Shown here: piece after piece, positions 8,755 to 17,693 of the stretch
How positions within the stretch are numbered: position 1 is the first letter of the stretch
How the letters are laid out: each line of letters begins with the position of its first letter
Assembly (NCBI RefSeq): GCF_000010065.1
Contig: NC_006576.1
Location: 1,680,001 to 1,712,000 of the forward strand
DNA from: Synechococcus elongatus PCC 6301
Lineage (GTDB): Bacteria > Cyanobacteriota > Cyanobacteriia > Synechococcales > Synechococcaceae
Length of the DNA stretch: 32,000 bases
Reading direction: 5' to 3'
Program-made: the position numbers and the translations under genes
Notes under the pieces: model-generated
What the model saw: the letters and a program-made list of their open reading frames with translations, nothing else
Told to the model about the DNA's origin: nothing
The model's database searches: none

Positions 8755-9363
8755 CTAGCTGGCTGCGATCGCTTGCCAGCCCACGTAAGGAAGATTGGCG
8801 GCAGTTTGAGCGATCGCTTCTGCATTGGCGACTAGTTGACCGGTTGCATCCCACTGACCGCTACGCAGCATTTGGAGTGGCCCAGGAGCGAGTGTCAGCT
8901 CTGCGCTCCAAGCTCCGCGTCGAACTTGCAGTTCTTCTAGATCGACTGTGACAGGCTGGCTAGGGTCAGATGCGATCGCTGCTTGCAATTCAGCCACTGC
9001 TGCCGCCCCAGCTGTCACGCAGGGAATCCCCAGACTGAGGCAGTTGCCAAAGAAAATCTCCGCAAAACTTTCGCCCACAATCGCCTGAATGCCCCATTTA
9101 GCGATCGCCTGAGGAGCGTGCTCTCGGCTAGAACCACAGCCAAAGTTACGGTTGACCACCAGAACCGTCGCGCCCTGATACTGTGCTTGGTCAAAGGGAT
9201 GTTGGCCCTGCAGTTGCTGGCGATCATCGATAAAGACGTTGGCACCCAGACCGTCAAAGGTGACACTGCGCAGGAATCGGGCTGGGATGATGCGATCGGT
9301 GTCGATATCGTTGCCCACCAACGGCACAGCCCGACCGGTTACTTCCAGGATTTCGCTACCCAT
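8755..9363 (-). CDS. leuD: 3-isopropylmalate dehydratase small subunit
   Basis: [27 protein letters not shown] and a length of 202 aa are the classic LeuD signature. Confidence 0.9.
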   Translation of the reverse strand: MGSEILEVTGRAVPLVGNDIDTDRIIPARFLRSVTFDGLGANVFIDDRQQLQGQHPFDQAQYQGATVLVVNRNFGCGSSREHAPQAIAKWGIQAIVGESFAEIFFGNCLSLGIPCVTAGAAAVAELQAAIASDPSQPVTVDLEELQVRRGAWSAELTLAPGPLQMLRSGQWDATGQLVANAEAIAQTAANLPYVGWQAIAAS

Positions 9364-9460
9364 GTGACTCGCGCATGCAAACAGTGCTCCCTAGATCATG
9401 CCTGATTGCTGAGCGATGCTGACGAAAGAGGGAGGAGCGATCGCCTCAATCTGGTCACGA

Positions 9461-9781
9461 TCAGTCTGCTTGGGCCGCAATATCCTCGTCACCAGCCTCA
9501 TCTAGCAGTGCATCCGCCACATACTCGATGATCCGCAGACAGGCATGCCGACAGCCATCCCGGCAATCATCAAACATTTCCGTGATGTGCTCGCCCGGTA
9601 GCCCAGCATCCTGCAGCAACTTGACTACGCGCAGGTTCGCTTCCCAGTCTTCGCCAAAAACAGCTTCATTGACGAGCTCCTCTGCTACCGCAAAGGCATT
9701 ACAGAGATAAACGCCCGCTTCCTCTGTCGGCTCGGCTGCAGCCAAGGGATGGAGGAATTGCGGTGTTTCTTGTTCTGACAT
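9461..9781 (-). CDS. hypothetical acidic protein with CxxxCxxxC motif
   Basis: This 106-aa ORF is very acidic and contains DDCRDGCRHAC. It has a clean ATG, is not antisense to any other gene, and shows coding-like composition. Confidence 0.55.
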   Translation of the reverse strand: MSEQETPQFLHPLAAAEPTEEAGVYLCNAFAVAEELVNEAVFGEDWEANLRVVKLLQDAGLPGEHITEMFDDCRDGCRHACLRIIEYVADALLDEAGDEDIAAQAD

Positions 9782-9829
9782 CAGGGCCTGGGGCAGACAG
9801 CAGGTTGGTTGCAGTGTAGCGGAGGGGGG

Positions 9830-10549
9830 TCACAAATGGGTGACACGGGTTCTGACGCTGGCGATTTCAGCAGCCAAACTGGGCTGGTACAGCAACTGTT
9901 GTAAGGGTGCCCAAGCTTGCACCTCTTCGTATATGGCGCGATAACCACTGACATTCGGATGAAGCCCATCGGGACCGAGGCAAGACTGCCACCATTCTTC
10001 GCCCCGTTCCCACCAGCGGCTGAACAGATCGAGATAGGGCAGATTCAGTTCTTCACAAGCCTGCTGCGTAATTGCCGTATATTCACGCTGATCCGCATGG
10101 TTGAACCAGAGGCAATCGGCGAACGGCATCTGCGCTTCGGACACTGGCACCATGCCGATCACGAGGGTCGGCGCAAGCGATTTTGATTCCTGCAGCAAGG
10201 CTTGGATCGCTTCCGTAAAGCGATCGCGTGGACACATTTGTCGTCCTTTCAAAGAACCAATGCGGGCGGAATCATTAATACCGACCGAGAGCAGGATGAC
10301 ATCGGGTTGTTGGCGCCGCAATTCACCCCGACAGCGAAATTCGGCCTCTAGGCGTTGCTGAACTTGCTCTACCCCATCCCCACGGACGCCGAGGTTGTAG
10401 AGCACTGGGCCGGGGCGATCGGGGTGCATCCACTGACGTCGTAGCCGCTCCACCCAGCCACCGCCCTCTGGATCACCGTAGCCATAAATTGTGCTGTCCC
10501 CAATCGCGATCCAACGCTGCGGAACCAGCGGCCGAACTGTCGAACCCAT
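9830..10549 (-). CDS. SGNH/GDSL-family hydrolase
   Basis: Block I is IAIGDSTIYGYGD, with a block III-like SVGINDS. GLHPN appears near the C-terminus (the catalytic-His block, canonically DxxH). Length is 239 aa. Confidence 0.8.
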   Translation of the reverse strand: MGSTVRPLVPQRWIAIGDSTIYGYGDPEGGGWVERLRRQWMHPDRPGPVLYNLGVRGDGVEQVQQRLEAEFRCRGELRRQQPDVILLSVGINDSARIGSLKGRQMCPRDRFTEAIQALLQESKSLAPTLVIGMVPVSEAQMPFADCLWFNHADQREYTAITQQACEELNLPYLDLFSRWWERGEEWWQSCLGPDGLHPNVSGYRAIYEEVQAWAPLQQLLYQPSLAAEIASVRTRVTHL

Positions 10550-10625
10550 CGCTTACTAAGCAAAAGTGCTGATCAAGATAGCACCTTGTCTCCAGTCACG
10601 GTGGACAAGGACGACTAATGCAGCC

Positions 10626-11804
10626 TCAAACCGAGACACCAAGCAGGCTGTTTTGGAAGAGCTGTAACCGTTCCAGACCCTTTTCAATCGTTTGGCAGTC
10701 AGTGGCGTAGGAGAGCCGGATGCTGCGATCGTCGCCAAAGGCAATGCCGGGAATGGCTGCAACTTGATGTTGATCCAACAGTTGACGGCAATAGGTCATC
10801 GAGTCGAGACCTGTTTTGCTGATGTCCACGAAGACGTAGAACGCCCCTTCCGGTATTGGACAGGAGAGCCCCGCGATTTGATTCAGTCCGTTCAAGATCA
10901 ACTGACGCCGCTCCGTAAAGGCAGCCAGCATTTCTGCCACACAATCCTGTGGACCTTGCAGAGCTGCGATCGCGCCGTACTGGGCAAAGGTGCAGACGTT
11001 TGAGGTGCTGTGGCTTTGCAGCGATGCAGCAGCAGCAATTAGCTCGCTCGGACCCGCGAGGTAGCCAACCCGCCATCCTGTCATCGAGTAGGCTTTGGCG
11101 AAGCCGTTGCTGATCAGCGTTCGTTCAAAACAGGCGGGGCTCAAGCTGCCAATGCTGTGGTGATCGGCTCCGTCGTAAAGGATCTTTTCGTAAATTTCAT
11201 CAGAAACGACCCAAAAGTCATGGGCTTCAATGATCGGCGCGATCGCTTCCAGTTCTTGCCGGCTATAGACCATCCCCGTGGGATTGGAGGGGGAATTCAG
11301 CACTAGCAGCCGTGTCCGAGGCGTAATCGCCCCTGCCAATTGCTGCGGCTGGAGTTTAAAGCCGTCGCTGGCGAAAGTTTCAACGATGACGGGCACACCG
11401 CCCGCCAACTTGACCATTTCGGGATAGCTCAACCAGTAAGGTGCGGGGATAATCACCTCATCGCCCGGATCGAGCAGCACCTGCATCAGGTTGTAGAGTG
11501 ACTGCTTACCGCCATTGGTGACGAGAATGTTGGCGGCTTGGTAATCGAGTCCGTTGTCGGCGCGCAATTTTTGGGCGATCGCTTCGCGCAGATCAGGTTC
11601 ACCGGCTGCAGGACCGTAGCGAGTTTTGCCCTCTGCTAGCGCTTGAGCTGCTGCATTGCGAATGTGCAAAGGTGTTTCAAAGTCGGGCTCCCCGGCGCTG
11701 AAGCTGCAGACATCCAAGCCCTCAGCTTTCATCGCTTTGGCTTGGGCAGCGATCGCGAGAGTCAACGATGGTGACACTCGCCCCACACGCTCGGATAGTT
11801 TCAT
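10626..11804 (-). CDS. aspartate/aromatic aminotransferase (class I PLP enzyme)
   Basis: Motifs are [18 protein letters not shown] and the PLP-lysine region [14 protein letters not shown]. The ORF-track start at 11831 is a TTG. The ATG at 11804 (MKLSERV) is the likely start. Confidence 0.9.
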   Translation of the reverse strand: MKLSERVGRVSPSLTLAIAAQAKAMKAEGLDVCSFSAGEPDFETPLHIRNAAAQALAEGKTRYGPAAGEPDLREAIAQKLRADNGLDYQAANILVTNGGKQSLYNLMQVLLDPGDEVIIPAPYWLSYPEMVKLAGGVPVIVETFASDGFKLQPQQLAGAITPRTRLLVLNSPSNPTGMVYSRQELEAIAPIIEAHDFWVVSDEIYEKILYDGADHHSIGSLSPACFERTLISNGFAKAYSMTGWRVGYLAGPSELIAAAASLQSHSTSNVCTFAQYGAIAALQGPQDCVAEMLAAFTERRQLILNGLNQIAGLSCPIPEGAFYVFVDISKTGLDSMTYCRQLLDQHQVAAIPGIAFGDDRSIRLSYATDCQTIEKGLERLQLFQNSLLGVSV

Positions 11805-11917
11805 GAAAGCGGCTGGCGGCGCAGGTGGCAAAAAGGCAATCTTTCGATCTTAAAGTCTTGGCTCACTCCACGACGCATCAATTTTTGAAGAATTTGCAGT
11901 TGTGACTGACAGAATCC

Positions 11918-12307
11918 ATGCTCACTCTTGAAATGACCTTGGCCGTACAGAATCTAGCGGTGATGCAGGCGTTCTATACAGCTCTGCTGGGCAGCGGGCC
12001 AGGGGTGGTTTGGGGCGATCGCTACGCGGGTTTTCAGATTCACGGGCAACGACTAGGATTGTTCCGCCCCCGCGCTGAGGAGCGCGATCGCTGGCGATCG
12101 GCGGCTGGTGCTTGGAGTCTCTGCCTTTACGTGCCGGATCTGGAAATGGCTTGTCAGACGGTGCTGGCAGCCGGTGGATGGATTGAATCCGCGGCGATCG
12201 CCGAAACCTACGGACGCGAATGTTACGCCCAAGATCCCGAAGGGAATCGACTCCTGCTCTGTCAGGGTGAGCCTCCGGTTACGATTCCAGATCCCCAGCC
12301 CGCTTAA
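11918..12307 (+). CDS. VOC (glyoxalase/bleomycin-resistance/dioxygenase fold) family protein
   Basis: The 129-aa size and pattern (FYTALLG..., ECYAQDPEGNRLLL) are typical of single-domain VOC proteins. Confidence 0.7.
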   Translation: MLTLEMTLAVQNLAVMQAFYTALLGSGPGVVWGDRYAGFQIHGQRLGLFRPRAEERDRWRSAAGAWSLCLYVPDLEMACQTVLAAGGWIESAAIAETYGRECYAQDPEGNRLLLCQGEPPVTIPDPQPA

Positions 12308-12336
12308 GATCGAGCCAGCGATCGCAATCTGGGGCT

Positions 12337-13044
12337 ATGAGCGAGGATCAAATTAGTCTGTTCGACTTCGGTGCTGCAGCGGAACCGGTGGCCGACGCCC
12401 CAGCCACGGTCGATCGCGCCGCAATTCCGACGAGCGCCAGTATTCCGATTCCTGCAGGAACTTTCAGCACTGTCGAAGAGCTGCTAGAGCCCTGTAATGC
12501 TTGCCAGCGCTGTGGATTGGGGCAAACCCGCACCCATGCGGTGGTGGGGCGCGGTAATCCTCAAGCCAAGCTGATGGTGATTGGCGAAGGCCCTGGCGAG
12601 AACGAGGATCTACAAGGCCTGCCGTTTGTTGGTAAAGCGGGTCAATTGCTCGATCGCATTCTGGCGGCGGTCAGCCTCGATAGCAATCGCGACGTCTACA
12701 TCGCCAACATCGTCAAATGTCGGCCGCCGGGGAACCGCAAGCCCACGCCCGAGGAAATGGCGGCCTGTGTGCCCTACTTGCAAGAGCAGGTGCGCCTGGT
12801 CCAACCCAAGATCATTCTTTTGGCGGGCGCGACGGCGGTGCAAGGGCTGCTGGGTGACAAGCGCGGCATCACCAAAATTCGCGGCCTCTGGATGGAATGG
12901 CAAGGCATTGCCTGTATGCCCGTCTTTCACCCGGCCTATCTGCTGCGCAACCCGTCCAAAGAGCAGGGCAGTCCCAAATGGCTGATGTGGCAGGACATCC
13001 AAGAAGTCAAACGGCGCCTCGACGAATTGTCCGCAACCCCCTAA
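12337..13044 (+). CDS. uracil-DNA glycosylase, family 4
   Basis: Motifs are CQRCGL..R, MVIGEGPGENEDLQGLPFVGKAGQLL, NIVKCRPPGNR and HPAYLLR. These are the family-4 UDG (SPO1 DNA-polymerase-related) signatures, with Fe-S cysteines. Confidence 0.85.
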   Translation: MSEDQISLFDFGAAAEPVADAPATVDRAAIPTSASIPIPAGTFSTVEELLEPCNACQRCGLGQTRTHAVVGRGNPQAKLMVIGEGPGENEDLQGLPFVGKAGQLLDRILAAVSLDSNRDVYIANIVKCRPPGNRKPTPEEMAACVPYLQEQVRLVQPKIILLAGATAVQGLLGDKRGITKIRGLWMEWQGIACMPVFHPAYLLRNPSKEQGSPKWLMWQDIQEVKRRLDELSATP

Positions 13045-13060
13045 GCCCTCGAGAACTGTC

Positions 13061-13408
13061 ATGAACCGTCTGTTGCGATCGCTCCTCATGGCTTTTTGCC
13101 TGCTGATTTGTGGGCTGACTATCGCTCCAATTTCCACTCAGGCTGCACCGGCAACTGGAGCAGCGCTCTTCGAGGCACAGTGCGTTGGTTGCCATATTGG
13201 CGGCGGCAATATTATTCGCCGGGGCAAAACCCTACAACTCAAAGCCCTGAAAAAAAATGGTTACGACACTGCTGAAGCGATCGCGACGATCGTCAGCCAG
13301 GGCAAAAACAACATGTCCGCCTACAGCGATCGCCTCAGCCCCGAGGAAATTGCGATCGTTTCCGCCTATGTGCTGGAACAAGCCAACGCGGGCTGGCCTC
13401 GGTCATAA
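13061..13408 (+). CDS. class I c-type cytochrome, cytochrome c6-like (c6B/c6C-type)
   Basis: It has a signal peptide, then GAALFEAQCVGCH (CxxCH haem site) and KNNMSAY (Met axial ligand region). Length is 115 aa. Confidence 0.8.
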   Translation: MNRLLRSLLMAFCLLICGLTIAPISTQAAPATGAALFEAQCVGCHIGGGNIIRRGKTLQLKALKKNGYDTAEAIATIVSQGKNNMSAYSDRLSPEEIAIVSAYVLEQANAGWPRS

Positions 13409-13621
13409 TCCCTGTCGCTAAGCGGAACGATTCAGAAGCTTTGGACAGGACTCGCCCTGAATTCCGAGGATTCTTGCTGCGTCGGGAGTCCAGTGAATCG
13501 GTCTGCTGCGGGTGTGAACCGAGTGCCCTTAACAATGTGCGATTGAGTCAGATCAGAGTGCTTCAAAAGCCAGCAAACCTCTACTCAAGCTAGCTAGCCT
13601 TTTAAGTTGTTGAAGTTAGAA

Positions 13622-13695
13622 CGGGACTGACGGGGCTCGAACCCGCAACTTCCGCCGTGACAGGGCGGTGCTCTAACCGATTGAACTACAGTCCC
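13622..13695 (-). tRNA. tRNA-Asp (anticodon GUC)
   Basis: The minus strand reads GGGACTG TA GTTC AATCGGTTA GAGC A CCGCC CTGTCAC GGCGG AAGTT GCGGG TTCGAGC CCCGT CAGTCCC G. This folds into a full cloverleaf of 74 nt. CCA is not encoded. Confidence 0.9.
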
Positions 13696-13725
13696 AGTTG
13701 CAACTCATTACTGAGCGCATGAATA

Positions 13726-13754
13726 ATCATGCCTGTCTGTCCAGCCTGTGTCAA
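13726..13754 (-). promoter_or_regulatory. candidate sigma70-type promoter for tRNA-Asp
   Basis: The minus strand reads TTGACA (13754-13749), a 17-nt spacer, then CATGAT (13731-13726). It sits about 30 nt upstream of the tRNA 5' end. This is a sequence match only. Confidence 0.35.
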
Positions 13755-13860
13755 GCCTTTCCGACAAAGTTTTTGTGCGGTTCCAGTGAATTGCTTTCCG
13801 ATCGCTTGCTAATCGCCATCAGTGAAAGCTGTGATCATCGCTGCTGATCAAAACTCACTC

Positions 13861-13892
13861 AAAACAAAACCCTCAGTCCTGTGACTGAAGGT
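13861..13892 (-). terminator. intrinsic terminator after tRNA-Trp (end of the rplS-tRNA-Trp unit)
   Basis: On the minus strand, CCTTCAGTC-ACAG-GACTGAGGG forms a 9-bp stem with one G-U pair. It is followed by TTTTGTTTT and lies 10 nt after the tRNA 3' end. Confidence 0.55.
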
Positions 13893-13901
13893 TGTTTAAA
13901 A

Positions 13902-13974
13902 CGCGCCCTGGAGGACTTGAACCCCCGACATCAGGTTTTGGAGACCTGCGTTCTACCAACTGAACTAAGAGCGC
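13902..13974 (-). tRNA. tRNA-Trp (anticodon CCA)
   Basis: The minus strand reads GCGCTCT TA GTTC AGTTGGTA GAAC G CAGGT CTCCAAA ACCTG ATGTC GGGGG TTCAAGT CCTCC AGGGCGC G. Length is 73 nt. Confidence 0.9.
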
Positions 13975-14019
13975 AAGAGCAGAGGCCGAAACCTCTTGCA
14001 TTGTATCGGATGCCGATCC

Positions 14020-14382
14020 TTAGATCGAGCGATCGAAGCGCTGTTTGACGCGGGTTGCTTTGCCGACGCGATCGCGCAGGTAGTACAGCTTCGCCCGACG
14101 CACTCGACCGCGACGGAGAACTTGCACACTAGCGACGGCCGGCGAGTGAAGCAGGAAGACCCGTTCAACGCCTACACCTTGGAAGATGCGGCGAACGGTA
14201 ATGCTCTCGTTGATGCCACCGCCACTGTTGGCGATTACAACCCCTTCATACGGCTGTACGCGCTCTTTGCCACCCTCTTGGATGCGAACGCCCACTTTGA
14301 CCGTGTCACCGACGTAGATCGTCGGCAAGTCCGACTTGGTGTATTCCGCTTCAATTGAGCGGATGATTTCTTGGGCGCCCAT
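14020..14382 (-). CDS. rplS: 50S ribosomal protein L19
   Basis: The sequence [14 protein letters not shown]...[27 protein letters not shown]...[19 protein letters not shown]...[14 protein letters not shown] is recognisably L19. The ORF-track start at 14496 is an upstream extension. The ATG at 14382 gives about 120 aa. Confidence 0.92.
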   Translation of the reverse strand: MGAQEIIRSIEAEYTKSDLPTIYVGDTVKVGVRIQEGGKERVQPYEGVVIANSGGGINESITVRRIFQGVGVERVFLLHSPAVASVQVLRRGRVRRAKLYYLRDRVGKATRVKQRFDRSI

Positions 14383-14487
14383 AGACCCGCTGTAAAACTC
14401 ACAGTCCACTAGCTTAGCGAAGTTGATTGTCACTTGTCTAGAGGGGAATGCTAAAAATGCCCCCGATCGCTGCTTGAGGATTGCGCT

Positions 14488-14949
14488 ATGGCTCATCTCT
14501 CATCTCTATGGAAACCGCAAGGGCTGCGCCACTGGCTGCTATGGTTGGCGATCGTGCTCTGGGCTGCTTGGTGCTGCTGGCCGAGACCAGTGATCGCGGC
14601 CACCGTTCGGCAAAGCATTAGCATCGATCTCGGGAATGCAGCAGGCGAGCTGCGCTTTTTCCCCAGTCAACTCCGGCTCAAAGCGGGCCAGCCCTACGAA
14701 TTGGCCTTACATAATCCCAGCCCACTCAAGCACTACTTCACCGCCAAAGACTTTAGCGATGCTATCTGGACTCGCAAAGTCGATGCCGGTGGTGTCGAAG
14801 TCAAGGGCAGCATTCGGGAGCTGGAGCTGCGGCCTGGCAGTGAAGCCGTGTGGCAATTTACCCCGGAACGGCCCGGACAATATGACCTACGCTGTCGCAT
14901 TGCGGGGCATACCGATGCGGGCATGACAGGACAGTTAATCGTCGAGTAA
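14488..14949 (+). CDS. membrane-anchored cupredoxin (type-1 blue copper) domain protein
   Basis: It has an N-terminal hydrophobic anchor. The C-terminal ligand set is C-x4-H-x4-M in [21 protein letters not shown], with an upstream His ([11 protein letters not shown]). Confidence 0.75.
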   Translation: MAHLSSLWKPQGLRHWLLWLAIVLWAAWCCWPRPVIAATVRQSISIDLGNAAGELRFFPSQLRLKAGQPYELALHNPSPLKHYFTAKDFSDAIWTRKVDAGGVEVKGSIRELELRPGSEAVWQFTPERPGQYDLRCRIAGHTDAGMTGQLIVE

Positions 14950-15129
14950 CTCGCTGAGATTTCTAAGGGTGAAGCCTGTCTAGCGGTCGGGCGATCGCGG
15001 TGGATTCACGCCGGGCTATCTCAGTGGGGAGTCTTGGTGCTCTGTTGTCTGCTCAATCGCTTGCCCTCTGCAGCTTTCATTTCAGCGCGATCGGTATCTG
15101 AGGGAGAATAAAGACCCGCCGCTGTCTAT

Positions 15130-15684
15130 GTGCTGGTTATGCGTCGTTTTGTTCTCTGCTGCCTGACCGTCCTGATCTTGGGAATGAGCTGCTTGTGGTC
15201 ACCCGCAGCGCAGGCCAGCCTGCAAGACGATCGCTTTGACGGCAACATTTTTGCGCTCTATGCAGGCAATGGATCGCTGGTGCCGCCTCGGATGCCTTTG
15301 AGTCAGGCGATCGCAGAGCACCGCCCCTCGCTATTGGTCTTCTATTTAGATGACAGCCGCGATTGCAAGCAGTTCGCCAGTGTGGTTTCGCAGCTGCAAG
15401 CGCCCTTCGGTCGGGTAGTGGAGTTCATTCCCGTCAATGCTGATACGGTGCAGGGCGATCGCCCACAAGATCCGGCTGAAGCAGGTTTCTATTACCAAGG
15501 TGTGGTGCCCCAAGTCGTTGTCTTCGATCAGCAAGGCAAGGTTCGCCTCAATCAAACCGGATTGGTTGCCTACGATGCGATCGACGATGCGTTGCGGTCG
15601 GTGTTGGATCTGCCCGCGCGATCGCAGACGGAGACGACTCGTCCTCGCATCCTCAACGAAATCAACACCGAATTGGTGCAGTAG
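15130..15684 (+). CDS. exported thioredoxin-fold protein lacking CxxC (resembles the family annotated as thylakoid membrane PSI accumulation factor)
   Basis: It has a signal peptide ending AAQA. The thioredoxin-like core LLVFYLDDSRDCKQFASV carries a single Cys. The ORF start at 15130 is GTG, and the ATG at 15139 (MRRFVL) is an alternative. The family name comes from memory and is unverified. Confidence 0.55.
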   Translation: MLVMRRFVLCCLTVLILGMSCLWSPAAQASLQDDRFDGNIFALYAGNGSLVPPRMPLSQAIAEHRPSLLVFYLDDSRDCKQFASVVSQLQAPFGRVVEFIPVNADTVQGDRPQDPAEAGFYYQGVVPQVVVFDQQGKVRLNQTGLVAYDAIDDALRSVLDLPARSQTETTRPRILNEINTELVQ

Positions 15685-15825
15685 TCAGGGGACTGAGCTA
15701 GGGCGATCGCAGTCTGTAGTCTGTCGGACTTGATCCCGATACGGGGTTAACCCTCAGCACACAGGGAGCGGCAGGCAAAGCGAGCGCTAGACTGAAGAAA
15801 CGTCGCTCAGCGGAACCGCTTGGCT

Positions 15826-16512
15826 ATGCTCGAATCGATTCAAGCAGTGCAGGCACCTTATTACGGGGATGTGTCCTACCGGACGCCGCCACCGGATTTG
15901 CCCTCGTTGCTGCTCAAGGAGCGGATTATCTACCTCGGCATGCCGTTGTTCTCGTCTGACGATGTGAAGCGGCAAGTGGGTTTCGATGTGACGGAGCTGA
16001 TCATTGCTCAGCTGCTCTATCTGGAATTCGATAATCCCGAGAAGCCGATTTACTTCTACATCAATTCCACCGGCACCTCTTGGTACACCGGCGATGCGAT
16101 CGGCTACGAAACCGAAGCCTTCGCCATCTGCGACACGATGCGCTACATCAAGCCGCCGGTACACACCATCTGCATCGGTCAGGCAATGGGAACGGCGGCC
16201 ATGATTCTCTCGGGTGGGACGCCGGGCAACCGCGCCAGCTTGCCCCACGCCACGATCGTGCTCAACCAGCCCCGTACTGGTGCTCAGGGTCAGGCCTCGG
16301 ATATTCAAATCCGCGCCAAAGAGGTGCTGGCTAACAAGCGCACCATGCTGGAGATCTTTGCTCGCAACACAGGTCAAGATCCCGATCGCTTGGCCCGCGA
16401 CACCGATCGCATGCTTTATATGACTCCGGCTCAGGCTGTGGAGTATGGCTTGATCGATCGCGTCCTCGACAGCCGCAAGGATTTGCCTGCGCCGTTGCCA
16501 AGCTTCTCCTAG
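15826..16512 (+). CDS. clpR: ClpR, proteolytically inactive ClpP paralogue
   Basis: It has a ClpP fold but no catalytic triad. GQAMGTAAM replaces GxAASMGAF (Ser to Gly), and IVLNQP replaces IMIHQP (His to Asn). The ORF-track start at 15820 is TTG. The ATG at 15826 gives 228 aa. Confidence 0.88.
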   Translation: MLESIQAVQAPYYGDVSYRTPPPDLPSLLLKERIIYLGMPLFSSDDVKRQVGFDVTELIIAQLLYLEFDNPEKPIYFYINSTGTSWYTGDAIGYETEAFAICDTMRYIKPPVHTICIGQAMGTAAMILSGGTPGNRASLPHATIVLNQPRTGAQGQASDIQIRAKEVLANKRTMLEIFARNTGQDPDRLARDTDRMLYMTPAQAVEYGLIDRVLDSRKDLPAPLPSFS

Positions 16513-16554
16513 TCTTCCGACCGTCTTTGTCCTGTCCTCCACCCATCCTGCGCT

Positions 16555-17154
16555 ATGCCTATTGGAGTCCCGAGCGTTCCCTACCGTCTTCCGGGAAGCA
16601 GCTTTGAACGCTGGATCGATATCTACAACCGTCTAGCGATGGAGCGGATCATCTTCCTCGGGCAGGAAGTGACCGATGGCTTGGCCAATAGCATTGTGGC
16701 TCAGCTGCTCTATCTTGATTCGGAAGACTCCAGCAAGCCGATCTATCTCTACATCAACTCGCCCGGTGGCTCAGTCACGGCGGGGATGGCGATCTACGAC
16801 ACGATGCAATACATCAAGTCGCCGGTGATCACTATTTGCTTGGGTCTGGCGGCTTCGATGGGTGCGTTCCTGCTCTGCGCCGGCAGCAAAGGAAAACGGC
16901 TCGCATTGCCTCATTCGCGGATTATGATTCACCAACCGCTGGGGGGAACGGGTCGCCGTCAGGCTTCCGATATTGAAATCGAAGCCAAAGAGATTCTGCG
17001 AATCAAAAAACTGCTGAACCAAATCATGGCCGATCGCACCGGTCAGCCTCTTGAAAAAATCGAGAAGGACACCGATCGCGACTACTTCATGTCTGCTGAA
17101 GAAGCCCGTGAGTACGGCTTGATCGACCAAGTGATCGCGGAACGGCCTGTCTAG
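16555..17154 (+). CDS. clpP: ATP-dependent Clp protease proteolytic subunit (ClpP3-type, partner of ClpR)
   Basis: The catalytic motifs [11 protein letters not shown] and IMIHQPLGG are intact. Length is 199 aa, and it lies 42 nt downstream of clpR. Confidence 0.92.
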   Translation: MPIGVPSVPYRLPGSSFERWIDIYNRLAMERIIFLGQEVTDGLANSIVAQLLYLDSEDSSKPIYLYINSPGGSVTAGMAIYDTMQYIKSPVITICLGLAASMGAFLLCAGSKGKRLALPHSRIMIHQPLGGTGRRQASDIEIEAKEILRIKKLLNQIMADRTGQPLEKIEKDTDRDYFMSAEEAREYGLIDQVIAERPV

Positions 17155-17159
17155 TTGCC

Positions 17160-17693
17160 ATGAGTGCCGAGCGATCGCGATGGCTGCAGTGTTTGGGACT
17201 TCCTGCTACGGCTGACGCGATCGCGATCAAAACGGCTTACCGTCAGTTGGCGCGGCAGTGGCACCCCGATTGCAATCCCGATCCGCAAGCCACCGCTCGT
17301 TTTCAGGAGATCCAGATCGCCTACGAGCGGCTGTTAGTTCTGCAAGAATCCGCCACGGCTCAACCCGTTCCGCAAGCCCCCCCAGCGGATGCAGCTCTGA
17401 TTGCCCTCAAACGTCAGTTCCAGCCACAACTACAAGATCTGCTGGCGGATGGACGCTGGGCGAAGGCGATCGCCTTAACTGAAGCACTGCAACAACGCTT
17501 ACCCGACGATTGGGAAGTGCGTCAGTGGTTGGCAATCTGTTATCTCCGGCAAGGGCAAGCCTTGCTGGTTCAACAACAGCGACAGCAAGCGATCGTCTAC
17601 TTTGAGAAAGCGCGCCGCACCGATCCGCACAATCCACGCCTCCAACAAGAAATTCAAGCCAGCCATAGGCTGGCCTCAGCTCGGCGAGCCTGA
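17160..17693 (+). CDS. J-domain (DnaJ-like) protein with TPR-like C-terminal half
   Basis: The J-domain reads LGLPATADAIAIKTAYRQLARQWHPDCNPD..ARFQEIQIAYERL and includes the HPD motif. The helical repeat region contains WAKAIALTEAL and YLRQGQALLV. It starts 5 nt after the clpP3 stop. Confidence 0.75.
   Translation: MSAERSRWLQCLGLPATADAIAIKTAYRQLARQWHPDCNPDPQATARFQEIQIAYERLLVLQESATAQPVPQAPPADAALIALKRQFQPQLQDLLADGRWAKAIALTEALQQRLPDDWEVRQWLAICYLRQGQALLVQQQRQQAIVYFEKARRTDPHNPRLQQEIQASHRLASARRA

Noticed and set aside
13409-13621. Nested stems (CCTGTC..GACAGG and GGACTCGCC..GGGAGTCC) in the spacer between the cytochrome gene and tRNA-Asp, considered as a possible ncRNA.
   Set aside because: The stems are short and imperfect, with no terminator-like T-run and no resemblance to ncRNA families I can recall (SRP, 6S, RNase P). 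The evidence is insufficient to call a feature.
13719-13862. A 47-codon Cys-containing plus-strand ORF (MNNHACLSSLCQAF...) between the two tRNAs.
   Set aside because: It has no RBS. It overlaps the tRNA-Asp promoter and the tRNA-Trp terminator on the other strand. It is too short and featureless to support.
14383-14496. A 38-codon upstream extension of rplS in the ORF track.
   Set aside because: L19 homology starts at [11 protein letters not shown]. The extension would overlap the divergent cupredoxin gene start and the promoter region.
15787-16542. A 251-aa minus-strand ORF opposite clpR.
   Set aside because: It mirrors the clpR frame and shows no motifs. The clpR assignment is strong.
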